Made by a program: the position numbers and the translations under genes. A model generated the notes under the pieces. That model was given only the letters and a program-made list of their open reading frames with translations, did no database searches and had not been told where the DNA came from. Positions 1-12,265 of a stretch of 64,000 nucleotides of DNA are shown piece after piece (the stretch's first letter is position 1; every line of letters begins with the position of its first letter). This DNA comes from Piromyces finnis finn. Lineage: Eukaryota; Fungi; Neocallimastigomycota. The DNA is taken from the NCBI GenBank assembly GCA_002104945.1, contig MCFH01000051.1, forward strand, positions 248,001 to 312,000. Reading direction: 5' to 3'.

Positions 1-701
1 CGATATTTCACAACTACAATGCTAAGCCTCTTATAGTCAATTTGATCACGTGTCAACAATGAATAATAATATATTTCAAAGGTTTAATATTATCAATTCA
101 TAAGTAAGTCATCAATAAGAATAGTATTATTTATAAATTAGGATATTATTCATTAATTATAAATTATTATTATATATTATTAAAAAACAATTAGAGCATA
201 ATGAATCAAAAATTATATTGTAAATTAATAATAATTAAAGTTTGATTAAAATCTAATAATTACTTAACATATTAAAATGATTAATAATTCTTTGAAATTA
301 TTGGTTAGAATTTGAATGTCTTTATAAGTATTAAAAGTTTATTATTTATAATTATAATAAAAGATTCTATTTTTTAATTTATTATTTAATTATCTTTTTG
401 GTAGTACAATATAGAATTAAACATTTTTTTTATTATTCATTTTAAAAATGGGAAAAATCCTTAAATATCTATATTGAAATTGAAATAGGAAAGAATTATA
501 AAAGTTTTTTGTATATAAAATATTTATAATGGAGCTTTTAAAAAAAAATAATAATAATAATAATTTTATATTACTATTTTAAATAAAGAAAAAAAAGAAA
601 ATTTTACACTAATATCACCATTATATCAATAACTTTAAAAGTGAAACAAATCAAAAAAAAGTGTTAAAAATAGTTAATAAAAAGTAAAAATATTAAAAAA
701 A

Positions 702-1885
702 ATGAAATGTACAATATTATTAGCTGCATTGTCATTTATATCATCGTCTATTGTATATGGAAAAAATAATGCATATTATCAATGTGGAGGGTAAATATAA
801 TGGCATTCATTAGTTAATTACTATATTTTAATTGATAAAAAAATAACAAAATAAAAAAAATTATAAATACCTATTAAAATACATATTATATTATATTACA
901 TAGTGTTAATTGGAAAGGTCCAGAAGATTGTCCAACAGGTTATAATTGCAAAAAATACAATGACTTGTTTTCACAATGTGTTCCTGAAGAACCTAATAAT
1001 TTCCAAATAAAATCAAAACTTGAAGGTTTTGCTGAAGGCACTACAGGTGGATATAATGGTAAAGTTATAACAGTTACTAATCAATCTGAATTAGAAGGAG
1101 CAGTATCAGGAAAAGAACCAAAAATAATCAATGTTAATGGTATCATTAAACTTACAAAAGATATTACACTTCATTCAAATACATCACTTATTGGTGTTGG
1201 TAATAATTCCGGTTTAACTGGTGCCGGTATTTACTTCAAAAGTGAAAGTAATATTATTATTCAAAACTTAAAATTTAGTTATTGTTTAGGTTCAAGTAAA
1301 GATTGTATTGGTGCCAGAAGATCAAGCAATATTTGGATTGATCATTGTGAATTTTATAGTGATCTCAGTCACGACAAGGATTACTATGATGGTTTAATTG
1401 ATTTTAGTTATGCCTGTGAAAACATTACTATTTCATGGAATTATATACATGATCACTCAAAGGTTTCTTTAATTGGTCATAGTGATAATAATGAATCTAC
1501 TGACTTTGGTAAATTCCATATAACCTATCATCATAACTATTTCAAAAATTGTATTTCTCGTCTTCCATCTCTTCGTTTTGCCAATGCCCATATTTATAAT
1601 AATGTATATGAAAATATTGAATATATTGCTATTAACAGTCGTATGAAATCTCAGGTTTTAATAGAAAATAATATTTTCAGTAATGTTGCTATTCCAATTG
1701 CTACTAATCGTGAATCTATAGAAGAAGGTTTTGTTAATGAACGTAATAATGACTTTGGTAATAGTCAAAATAACAATTCTATTACTAAAATAGGTAGCTT
1801 TACTTCATTACCATATAAATATGAACTTACTAATGTTTCTGAAGTATATAAGCAAGTTACTCAAAATGTTGGACCAATAAATTAA
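702..1885 (+). CDS. Secreted CBM1-pectate lyase (polysaccharide lyase family 1); join(702..790,904..1885)
   Basis: ATG at 702 opens a signal peptide (MKCTILLAALSFISSSIVYG). A GT-AG intron at 791-903 splits a CBM1 (YYQCGG|VNWKGPEDCPTGYNCKKYNDLFSQC). The PL1 domain has NIIIQNL, IWIDHCEF, DYYDGLID and SRLPSLR motifs. Confidence 0.92.
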
Positions 1886-3951
1886 TTTAATGAAATTAAA
1901 TAATCGAGAATAGAATTTTAAACAATTCTATTTTTCTTAAAAATGTACCATAAATTAAAAAAAATCCGGAAATAGAAAAAGATTGATATTGATTATAGAA
2001 TATTAAATAATAGCTATTATATATGAACTTAATACAGGATTATGTTATATATAGTAATATCAATATTAATTTTTATTGTAATTTAAAAACTATTAATAGT
2101 TTATATAAAAAAAATTATGAATAATATACAAAAGTTTCTTAAGTAAAATAAAACTATTTTAAATGTGTATTTTTAAAAAAGAAAAGCTATAGATTTCAAT
2201 AATGTAGTCTATTTTATAATATTATATGTTCTTAAAACTTTTGTATTGAGTGGAAAGATAAAAAACATAAAAAGAATGTATGTGTTATTCTTTTTCTTTT
2301 TTTTAATTACAGTATTAATATTTGATTATATAAAGGTATTCTACTAAATATAGAATTTTAATTCTAATCATTGCTTGGATAATAAAATCATCATCAAGGA
2401 AGAACAATTTTATTATCCTTTATTTTGGCATTCTAGTTTCTGTAATTACATTTTATTTTTTGAAACATAAAAAGTAAAATATGAATTTTTAATAAATGCA
2501 ATTATAAATTTTAATTCCTTTTTATCCATAAATCAGTTATTAAGTGATAAGTTTTTTACTCTATTGTAAAATTATTTTATACTCTTTATTGAAATACTAT
2601 AAATATATAAAATAAGGTATATTTAAAGAGTAGAAAGTTTTTTTTCCAATTATTTTAATATGTTTTTATAACATTGTTTATTTAAGCAAAAAAATAATAT
2701 ATTTTAAATTTTATATATTTTAAATAAACCTTATTAAATGCTATTTTGAGTTTTTATATTAAATTTTTTAATATATTAAAATCAAATAACGAGTTATTCC
2801 TTTAAAACGCAACCTTCAATTATTTTCTTTTGTATATCATTATATACTCTATAATATTTATTTATAGAAATCTTTCACATAATACGCATACTTTATATAT
2901 TATTATATCTAATAAAATGAACATTAAATAAATAAAAAGATAATTTTTGTTATTATTTTAAAAAACAAAATTAAAATTACATTTTTTTATTGTTATAAAA
3001 TTTTTTTTTTTTTTTTTTTGTATCTATCTATAGATGATAAAAGTATAATGGTAAAATTGAAATTAAACATTTCTAATGTCTATCAAACAATTGTTTTATA
3101 ATTAATCTAATAGATATTCATAATAAATTAGTTGATTAAAGAAATAATTACTATTAACTATAACAAAAAAAATTTTTTTATTAATTATTGCTTTACCTTA
3201 TATAACTATTAATTCAATAAACTAAAATAAACTAAAGTCATTTATTTAATTTGTACAATTTTATTTTTAAAAATTTATATATACAAGTCTAGTATTACTT
3301 TTAATACTTTGTATAATAATAAAAACTTTTACGATTATAAGAATGATAGACTAATAACCCTATTATCTTTATTTTTTATTTTAATTGTTTGATGTACTTA
3401 AAGGACAAAGTTTTTATACATTATTCTTTATAAAAAATAAATAATAATTATTAGTCATTTTCAATAACCTTATCATAATTACTGTTAAATACTGTGATAT
3501 AGCAACAAAAATTATCAATAGAGTGGATTTTAATTTTAATAAAAAAGAAGTAATAAATATATAGGTTTTAAAAACAAAAAAAATTATTATTGTTATCAAA
3601 TTTTCAATTATATATATTATATATTTACATACTTTTAATTTTTTTTTTTTTATCTTTATTAACATTAAAATATGAATGCACCTTTTACAAATATTGAATT
3701 TTTACTCTTTTTTTTTATTATGTTTTAAATTTTCAAATTGTGATATTAAACTGTTTACCAAAAAAATCTAGATTTTTTATTTTAAATAATACTCTAATCT
3801 TTTGATAATATATTATTAATTAATCTATAAATTAATTTTTTAAAATTGAAATTAAAAAATGTTAATTACTTCTTATATAAATAAATAAAATAATAATAAT
3901 TATAATAATAAAAAAAAAAACTAATATAAAAATATAAATAATAAAAAAAAA

Positions 3952-5917
3952 ATGGTAATGTTATTTTTAATTTAATTGTATAATAAATTTAATAAAAAAT
4001 TACTTTATTAATAATTTATAGTAGTTATTACTATTATTATATTTACAAGTATTGTTTTTTAATTTCATTTCTTTAAATTGATAGATTGATAATATAAATG
4101 TAAATATTATTTCTTTAATAGAAAATAATGAAATTGACAAATTGAATTTATTCATTAAAGATAATATTGATGAAATTTGTTTTGATAAAGATTTATATAG
4201 ACTTTCAATATCCGACAAAAATTTTTGTGAAGTAATAAAAGTTTTAAGTGACAATGATACCAGGAAAAGGGAAATAATTATCAATGACATTTTTCATTTA
4301 TTTGAAGAAGAAGAAGATGATGAAGAAATAGAATTTGGAATAGAATCTGAAGTAAAAAAAGATAATATTGAAACTATTAATGAAAAGAAGAACACATTCA
4401 TTAATAAAATAAAAAGTGGTGAATTAAGTATTGAAGGTATTGATGACTTTTTCATAAACAATTTAAATAGTGTTGAAGAAATTAAAGCTAAAATAACAAA
4501 AGGGATAAATGAGAATGATATTGAAGGAATAAAAAGTTATGTTATTAGTAATAAAATATTAATTTCTTATATTAACACAAAAATTTTTGACACATTAATA
4601 TATGCCATTGAAAATGAAGCTTCAATTGAAACAATTGATTATATTGCATCTTTATATAGCAACCTAAACTTTTTTGTTAATGATAATAGCCCACTTAAAT
4701 GTGCAATAACTAATGAAGATATTTCTTTAATTAAAGTTTTGGTTAAATACAATGCAGATGTTAATATGAAAGATGAAAGCTATGTAAATGAAAAACCTTT
4801 GATTTATGCCATTAATGTAGGTAATAATGATGTTATAAAATATTTAATAGAACAAGGCGCAGAAGTTAATGTTCAAAATGGTTATGGTGAAATACCATTA
4901 TTGACAGCTATTCGTAACAGAAATGATGAAATTGTAAAATACTTAATTGATCACGGAGCTGATGTTAATTTAAGTAACAGAAAAAATTTATCTGCATTAA
5001 CGACAGCTATTCAATTTGGTAATGAAAATATTGTGAAATGTTTAGTTGATTATGGTGTTGATGTCAATATTTTAACTGGAAATGGTATTACCCCTCTGAC
5101 CATTGCCATTAAAAATGATAATGAATTTGTTGTAAAATATATTATTGACCACGGAGCGGATGTCAATAAAAAAAATGGTACTAACAATACCCCTTTAACT
5201 CTTGCAATTGAGAAAGATAATGAAAATGTTGTTAAATATTTAATTGATCATGGCGCAGACGTTAATATGCAAGGTGAAATTATTCATCAAGAAGATGATA
5301 ATATAAATAGAAATATTATTTATGCTTCATTAATTAGTGGTATTGTATATACACCATTAGAACTTGCTATTGAAAAAGGAAATGTTGAAATAGTAAAGTA
5401 TTTACTTTGTCATGGTGCTGAAACCAACACAAGAAATGTAAACTCATTTACACCACTTAATTTAGCAATAATCTATAATAATGTTGATATAGCAATAGAA
5501 ATAATTAAAAATGGTGCCAATGTAAATATGAAGAGTAAAAGTTGGGATGATACACCATTAATTTTATCTCTTAAAAAGGGAAATGATGCCATAGCAAAAT
5601 GTTTAGTTGAAAATGACGCTGATCTTAATATAAAAGATGATACTACAGCATTAGCAGCTGCTATCAAATATAATAAAGAAAATATTGTCAAGCTTATTAT
5701 AGAACATGGGGCAGATATCAACTTGAAAGGAAGAAATGGTTATACTCCACTTATTACATCAATTCTTTTTGAAAGAGAAGCCATAGTTAACTATTTAATA
5801 GAAAAAGGTGCTGATATAAATTTAAAGGATGATAATGATAATAGTCCATTAAGAAATGCTATTATTGTTGGAAATGAAAATATTGAGAAACTTTTAAGAA
5901 ATAAAGGAGCAATCTAA
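3952..5917 (+). CDS. Ankyrin-repeat protein; proposed join(3952..3954,4085..5917)
   Basis: About 12 ankyrin repeats (TPLxxA...VKYLIxxGADVN). The frame is open back to a TAG acceptor at 4082-4084. The only suitable start is ATG 3952 (A-rich context), directly followed by a GTAATG donor. Confidence 0.85.
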
Positions 5918-6973
5918 TACCTTTTTTTTTTTTTTTCATTTCATAATTATATATAAAATATTGAGAAACCTAATTTTTTTTTTTTTTTTTAAAATAGGTA
6001 CTCTTTTATTATTTTCTAAAATTTCTAATCAATATTTAATGATAATAAATACTATTACAATGTATATTAATAAAAAAAAGAAAGTTATTATTATCTAAAA
6101 TAATATAATATATATAAAATAAAATTTATAGGATAAAGATTAATTTATGAAATTTATAGTTTTTTTTTATATTTTGCTAATATAAAATATAAAAATTGAA
6201 TCTCATGGTTAATTGAAAAGTAGGTATAAATGCTAAAAATCCCAAAGTTAATTTTAACATAAAATGAAAAGAATAACTAAAAAAATTAAATAAAAATACC
6301 GCCAAAATGAATATAATAAAAATAATAAACAAAAATAAAAATTAATGTAATTATTTACAAAAGATAAAACTCATATGTTTTGTGTATTTATGTAAATTTT
6401 TTCTTTTTTTGAAATTTTTTTTTTTTTGCCTCATTAAGTAATGTTAAATTGATTATTATTACAGTTTGACTTACTATGATCAATTTCTCAATTTTCTACT
6501 TTGACCAACTTTTTATTATTTCACTTTAATTATATAATAATTAAGTAATACTACATTTAGTGACATCTACAAAATATAAAATCTACAAAATATAAAATGC
6601 ATTATATTATTATTATCCACTAGATCATACCTATAATTCTAAATATATAACAATTTTAATATGAACTTTATTTCTAACAAAATAAATAAAATTTATTAAT
6701 AATTAAAGTTTATATAAATTAATCTATTAAAAAATGTTCTGTAATTTACTTGATACATATAATTATAATTGATAGAGTTATGAATCAATATTACTATTTA
6801 AAATTTAAAAAGTATAAATGAATTAGAAATAAAAGGGCAAATGTATTCTAATATTCTAGAAAAAAAAAAAAAACTTTTTAATTAAATATATATTATTAAT
6901 GATGTATAGAGTAAATATAGTTGAGTTTAAATAATAACAACGTTTGTAAGGTGTAAATTATATGATCTATACA

Positions 6974-6975
<2 letters not shown>

Positions 6976-7015
<40 letters not shown>

Positions 7016-10000
7016 GGCATCAAATATTTTAAACTTTATTATTAATTTAATTAAAATTATAATACATGTAATAAAAAATTAAAAAATAAAAATAAAAATA
7101 AAAAAAATATGTTTAAATAAACACAAATGAATAAAAATTGGGTATAATGTATTCTAGTAATTTTAATTAAAGTAAGAAAGCCACTATCATACTAAAGTAT
7201 AATAATTGTATTTGACTTCCAATGGGACACCGAGCCAAAGATCAAAATTTTGTCATGGAACAAAATTATGATCTCCATTGGTTGCGCTGGCCCTCCTGGC
7301 CTGTCTTACTGTTTCTTCAGCATTGACGCTCTTGGATGTTGCTTCAAACCTTTTGAACATTGACCATTGCTGGCCAATAGCAAAAGGCATGATTTTGGTT
7401 AGAAGTTCCGCGGTTACCGTCAAGAATGGTGTTCCTTCGTTAGTATCAGATTGAATCTGACGCTTACAAAGTTCTTTCCATTCCCTTGAATTGTAATTAA
7501 TATTGTTAAAACTTCTTCCCCCAAGAAGGAATTTAAATATTTTACTGCACACACTAGAATAATCATACACATTAATATTCACCGGATTATTAGAACTATT
7601 ACTATCATTAACTAAATTACTATCTAAATTAGAATTATTATCTTCACTATTGCTATCATTACTAATATTATTATTTCTATTATTGTTATTATTACTATTG
7701 TTACTATTACTATTGTTACTATTACTATTGTTATTACTACTATTGTTACTATTACTATTAATGTTATTGCTATCTCTACTGATATTATCAATTTCATTAT
7801 TATTGATAGGACTATTGGAATTACGTTGACTGAAAAAATTTAATAGCTGGACTATGGAATCATAATGTTTAATACGGATATCTCTAAATGTTGGACAATC
7901 TAATAACCAATGTTTAATACTTTGATCTTCACACTTGCAACATGGACAGTAGTTAGGACAAACTGGATCAACAAATTTGGCAGCTTTGGCAACTCTAGCA
8001 TCCAACTTGTATCCGCTTCTTGCTTTCAATAACCAGTAGAAGCCATAGGCAAACTCTGGGTACTCATAACATAATTTAATAAAATCTTTAGTTTCAATAA
8101 ATTTATTATCATCATAATATTGCGCTTTGATTGAATTCCCTTTGAGATCTTTCCAATAAAAGTTTTTAACTGCTTTAACAACTCCATGTTTCTTTAGTTT
8201 TTTATCAAGTGTCCTACTTGATTTGCACCACGTGTATTTTCTAAATTTAGGAATGTAATTGACAAGGTGTGAGATAATACAATTTGAGTTTTTCCATTTG
8301 TTAAAACATCTAACCTGAGCTAACGCACATTTGGCTGACAATGGAGGAATATTCAAATCTTTTGAGATAGAGTATAAAGATATAAACGATACAGCTTTAT
8401 GAACTCCGGCAACCCATCGTATTCCTTTGTTAACATGCTTCTGAGCAATCCTAGACCTAGCTTTGTTGGATCCAAGTAATGGTGCAAAGTATGAAACTCT
8501 GCTAATCACTTGTGAGTTAAGTACTAGTTTTTTGAAAGGAATAGGAATATTAGGATTTCTTAAGAATTTACTGACTGAGAAAAGCCCTTTCAAAACCTTG
8601 TTATTAAGAGCTTTAATTACTGGTTTAAGGGACAGATTCTTATCAAATGGAACACCAAGATAAGTATAGCAATCAGTAGTTGGAATGGGTTGTCCTGCTA
8701 AGTAAAATGTTGGATCTCTCTTGTTCTGATTTTCTATTGATTCAGGACGAATCACCATCGTTGAACATTTCTGGATACCAAATTCCATTTCATTATACAA
8801 TGCCCATTCATTAACTCTTCTAAGCATCTTTTTTAAGCATCCTCTTGTTGGAGCACAAATAACTATATCATCTGCAAAAAGTCCACCACAGCATCGAGTG
8901 TCACCTAAACTGACTCCTAGATCTTCGCACTCTCTAAATATATCATTAATAAAGAGATTAAAGAGAATAGGAGAAAGAGGGCAACCTTGACGGACTCCTT
9001 TCTTCACATCAAAAGATTTCGAGAATTGTCCATCTAATTTGACATTAGCCTTAGATGTTAAATATAAATTTTTGATAAATTGTAGACTCTTACCTCGGAT
9101 TCCTAAACAATCTAATTTATGGAGAATATTACCGATTGGGACTGAATCGTATGCTTTCCTGAGATCTAAAAAGGCCAAATATGTCTCTTTATTATCTAAT
9201 TGACGTCTACGGCATATTTCTTGGATTGAAATGAAAAGACTAATACTTTCTTCCTTTTTTCGAAAACCAAATTGTTCAGGTCTAATGAAATTATTCTTTA
9301 AACCATATTCTGAGATTCTAGTGGTGACAATTTTGGAAATCAACTTAATACCATTATTGATAAGTGATATACCTCGATAGTTATCACAATCTGTCAAATC
9401 TCCCTTCTTAGGAATAGAAACAATACTGGATTCATTCCATGAGTTGGGGAAATCTCCATCCCAAATACGGTTGAATAATTTAAGAATAAAATTTAAACCA
9501 TGAGCATCATTATCTGAAGTAGTATTACCGGAAGAATTATTATCTGTAGCATTATTAGAATCATTACTTGATGGAACTAATGCTTTGTAAAATTCAATTG
9601 GAATACCATCCGGACCTGATGCTTTATAATTTGGAGTAGTGAGGATAGCTGACTTGACTTCATCAATACTAATATCTTGGTTGATATCCCACTCATCAAG
9701 CATAGGAAGTGAAAAACGTTTATTCGTTGGTTCTTCATACCAATGCTCCAAATCAAGACTTACACCACTTGGGTCTGATGCAAGATTTTCGAAATGATCA
9801 TGCCACACATCTAGTTGTTCTTCCGTAGCAACAACTAATTCTCCATTTTTATTTTTAATTGGTTGAGCAATAAAGAAAGAATCTTTTCCAATTTTTGCAG
9901 TTTTCTTGATCCATTTCCAGGCCTTCTTAGGATTATGACTCTTCATATACTCACATCCTGTTTTAATCCAATGAAGATATTCTTGCTTCCTAAATTCATT

Positions 10001-11491
10001 ACATCTTTTGTGGATGTAATCAATGAGCTTACGGTAGATTTTAATTCTTTTAATAAATTCATCTATATCATAAATTCTTTCTTTTTTAAATCTCTTATAC
10101 AACTTCATTTTGATTTTTTGAAGATTAAAAATTTGTTGTGAAATATGAAATGAAGACTTTATAACATTATTTGCTGAGGTAATACTGAGCTCGTCTGCAA
10201 TTGAAAAAGCAGTTGAAGTAAACTCTTTGGAAAGTTCATCTGTAGAAACATTAGGATCGTTGGATTTTGCTGAAAGTATTTGGAATTTATTATGACTGAG
10301 AATAGATTCCTTTTCCTCAATACATTTTAATCTATTCCATTTCAGAATTTTCTTAGGAACATTAAAGTCATTAGAAAAATCTTCCATAGGAATAATTTTA
10401 CCATTAATAAGAAGTGGCTTATGGTCTGATACAGGATAAAAATTATTTATAAATGATCCTGAGTGAATAAGATCTTTCACCTTCGAATTGATAAGAGCAT
10501 GGTCAATGTCGGAAGATTGATCACCTCGAGTCCAAGAGATAGTAGACCCTCTAAGCGGAAGAATTTCCCAATCTCCTAATCCATTAGTTGATAACCAGTT
10601 GGATAATTTTACTTTAGACATATTAAAATCACCAACAAGAATCGATGGATGGGATGAATGAGTTTGTAACCACAAGCGAACTTCTAACTTTGCATGATCA
10701 ACATAGATGTTGTGATGACTATGAGGCATATAAACATTACCAATCGAGCATTTGAATCTATTCCAGAGACTAAAAATATAAATAGAAATAATATACTTTC
10801 CAGAGAAGTTTTCAAGCGAGGCTTGACATGAATTGTGAAAACCTAAATATAAACCTCTCATTCCCGGAACTGATTCGTCAGCTTTCTTGAAAAAGTGTCT
10901 ATAGTTTCGCAAAGTAACACGACAAGGATAATCTGTATTCGAACCAGAACCATTACCAGTTTCTTGAAAACATAAGAATAATGGTTTGAAAATAGCTGTG
11001 AAATAGCTAATACTATCTCTCTTTTCGTGATTCCACCCATTGGTGTTCCAACTAAGACAAAAAGAAAAGTTATCAGGCTTGTTGGATGAGGAAGAATCGT
11101 TGCTATTATTATTATTATTAAAGTCATCGTTATTAATGGATGATGCATCAGAGGAATAAGTAGAACTATTACTAGATGGCTGTGAAACTGAAGAACTATC
11201 AACTATTGAACTGTTATCAGAGTTGATAGAGCTATTAGAATTAATTGTTGAATGTTGAGATTGAAATTGTGTTTGCTGTAGATCTGGAATATTTTCATGA
11301 TTGGAAACTTGTTGAAGATCTTGTTGAAGATCTAGTTGAAGATCGGATTGTTGATGAGATTGTTGAACTGATTGTTGAAATGATTGTTGAATAGAATGTT
11401 GATGTTTATTAGAAACTAAAATTTTACGTTTGAGAGTGGAAAAAGTGTATTTGTGATTCCTTCTACTACGAGCTGAAAAGGAAATTGAGGT
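6976..11491 (-). mobile_element. Non-LTR retrotransposon (LINE), copy 1; near-complete APE-RT-ZnF region with 3' UTR and poly(A) tail
   Basis: Poly(T) at 6976-7012 is the poly(A) tail on the minus strand. The 3' UTR of about 240 bp is nearly identical to 57061-57297. The ORF has endonuclease and RT motifs. No target-site duplication was found. Confidence 0.93.
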
Positions 11492-11791
11492 AACTCTAGC
11501 ATCCAACTTGTATCCGCTTCTTGCTTTCAATAGCCAGTAGAAGCCATAGGCAAACTCTGGGTACTCATAACATAATTTAATGAAATCTTTAGTTTCAATA
11601 AATTTATTATCATCATAATATTGCGCTTTGATTGAATTCCCTTTGAGATCTTTCCAATAAAAGTTTTTAACTGCTTTAACAACTCCATGTTTCTTTAGTT
11701 TTTTATCAAGTGTCCTACTTGATTTGCACCACGTGTATTTTCTAAATTTAGGAATGTAATTGACAAGGTAATACAATTTGAGTTTTTCCAT
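7253..11791 (-). CDS. LINE ORF2-like polyprotein (AP endonuclease + reverse transcriptase + C-terminal CCHC zinc finger); chimeric N-terminus
   Basis: APE motifs: SWNTNG, QET, VGDFN, IDH, SDH. RT motifs: KASGPDG, NYRGISL, FLDLRKAYDSV, GVRQGCPLSPILF, LFADD, YTYLG. Zinc finger: CPCC...HWLLDC. The first ~100 aa duplicate an internal post-RT segment. Confidence 0.9.
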   Translation of the reverse strand: MEKLKLYYLVNYIPKFRKYTWCKSSRTLDKKLKKHGVVKAVKNFYWKDLKGNSIKAQYYDDNKFIETKDFIKLCYEYPEFAYGFYWLLKARSGYKLDARVTSISFSARSRRNHKYTFSTLKRKILVSNKHQHSIQQSFQQSVQQSHQQSDLQLDLQQDLQQVSNHENIPDLQQTQFQSQHSTINSNSSINSDNSSIVDSSSVSQPSSNSSTYSSDASSINNDDFNNNNNSNDSSSSNKPDNFSFCLSWNTNGWNHEKRDSISYFTAIFKPLFLCFQETGNGSGSNTDYPCRVTLRNYRHFFKKADESVPGMRGLYLGFHNSCQASLENFSGKYIISIYIFSLWNRFKCSIGNVYMPHSHHNIYVDHAKLEVRLWLQTHSSHPSILVGDFNMSKVKLSNWLSTNGLGDWEILPLRGSTISWTRGDQSSDIDHALINSKVKDLIHSGSFINNFYPVSDHKPLLINGKIIPMEDFSNDFNVPKKILKWNRLKCIEEKESILSHNKFQILSAKSNDPNVSTDELSKEFTSTAFSIADELSITSANNVIKSSFHISQQIFNLQKIKMKLYKRFKKERIYDIDEFIKRIKIYRKLIDYIHKRCNEFRKQEYLHWIKTGCEYMKSHNPKKAWKWIKKTAKIGKDSFFIAQPIKNKNGELVVATEEQLDVWHDHFENLASDPSGVSLDLEHWYEEPTNKRFSLPMLDEWDINQDISIDEVKSAILTTPNYKASGPDGIPIEFYKALVPSSNDSNNATDNNSSGNTTSDNDAHGLNFILKLFNRIWDGDFPNSWNESSIVSIPKKGDLTDCDNYRGISLINNGIKLISKIVTTRISEYGLKNNFIRPEQFGFRKKEESISLFISIQEICRRRQLDNKETYLAFLDLRKAYDSVPIGNILHKLDCLGIRGKSLQFIKNLYLTSKANVKLDGQFSKSFDVKKGVRQGCPLSPILFNLFINDIFRECEDLGVSLGDTRCCGGLFADDIVICAPTRGCLKKMLRRVNEWALYNEMEFGIQKCSTMVIRPESIENQNKRDPTFYLAGQPIPTTDCYTYLGVPFDKNLSLKPVIKALNNKVLKGLFSVSKFLRNPNIPIPFKKLVLNSQVISRVSYFAPLLGSNKARSRIAQKHVNKGIRWVAGVHKAVSFISLYSISKDLNIPPLSAKCALAQVRCFNKWKNSNCIISHLVNYIPKFRKYTWCKSSRTLDKKLKKHGVVKAVKNFYWKDLKGNSIKAQYYDDNKFIETKDFIKLCYEYPEFAYGFYWLLKARSGYKLDARVAKAAKFVDPVCPNYCPCCKCEDQSIKHWLLDCPTFRDIRIKHYDSIVQLLNFFSQRNSNSPINNNEIDNISRDSNNINSNSNNSSNNNSNSNNSNSNNSNNNNNRNNNISNDSNSEDNNSNLDSNLVNDSNSSNNPVNINVYDYSSVCSKIFKFLLGGRSFNNINYNSREWKELCKRQIQSDTNEGTPFLTVTAELLTKIMPFAIGQQWSMFKRFEATSKSVNAEETVRQARRASATNGDHNFVP

Positions 11792-12265
11792 TTGTTAAAA
11801 CATCTAACCTGAGCTAACGCACATTTGGCTGACAATGGAGGAATATTCAAATCTTTTGAAATAGAGTATAAAGATATAAACGATACAGCTTTATGAACTC
11901 CGGCAACCCATCGTATTCCTTTGTTAACATGCTTCTGAGCAATCCTAGACCTAGCTTTGTTGGATCCAAGTAATGGTGCAAAGTATGAAACTCTGCTAAT
12001 CACTTGTGAGTTAAGTACTAGCTTTTTGAAGGGAATAGGAATATTAGGATTTCTTAAGAATTTACTGACTGAAAAAAGTCCTTTCAAAACCTTGTTATTA
12101 AGAGCTTTAATAACTGGTTTAAGGGACAGATTCTTATCAAATGGAACACCAAGATAAGTATAACAATCAGTAGTTGGAATGGGTTGTCCTGCTAAGTAAA
12201 ATGTTGGATCTCTCTTGTTCTGATTTTCTATTGATTCAGGACGAATCACCATCGTTGAACATTTC
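11492..12265 (-). mobile_element. Internal fragment of the same LINE family (late RT/post-RT region) fused to the 5' end of copy 1
   Basis: Aligns to 7991-8771 with a 7-bp deletion (GTGAGAT) near 11769 and several substitutions. Confidence 0.92.

Noticed and set aside
3414-4290. Short hydrophobic or low-complexity ORFs here and at 17532, 46336, 50725, 56894, 57669 and 57695
   Set aside because: Products of AT-rich or microsatellite DNA, or antisense to real genes; no coding signature.
8463-12157. Repeated small plus-strand ORFs (MLDPSNGAK..., MSNKERIF...), also at 58538 and 59908
   Set aside because: Antisense shadows of the LINE ORF, repeated only because the element is repeated.
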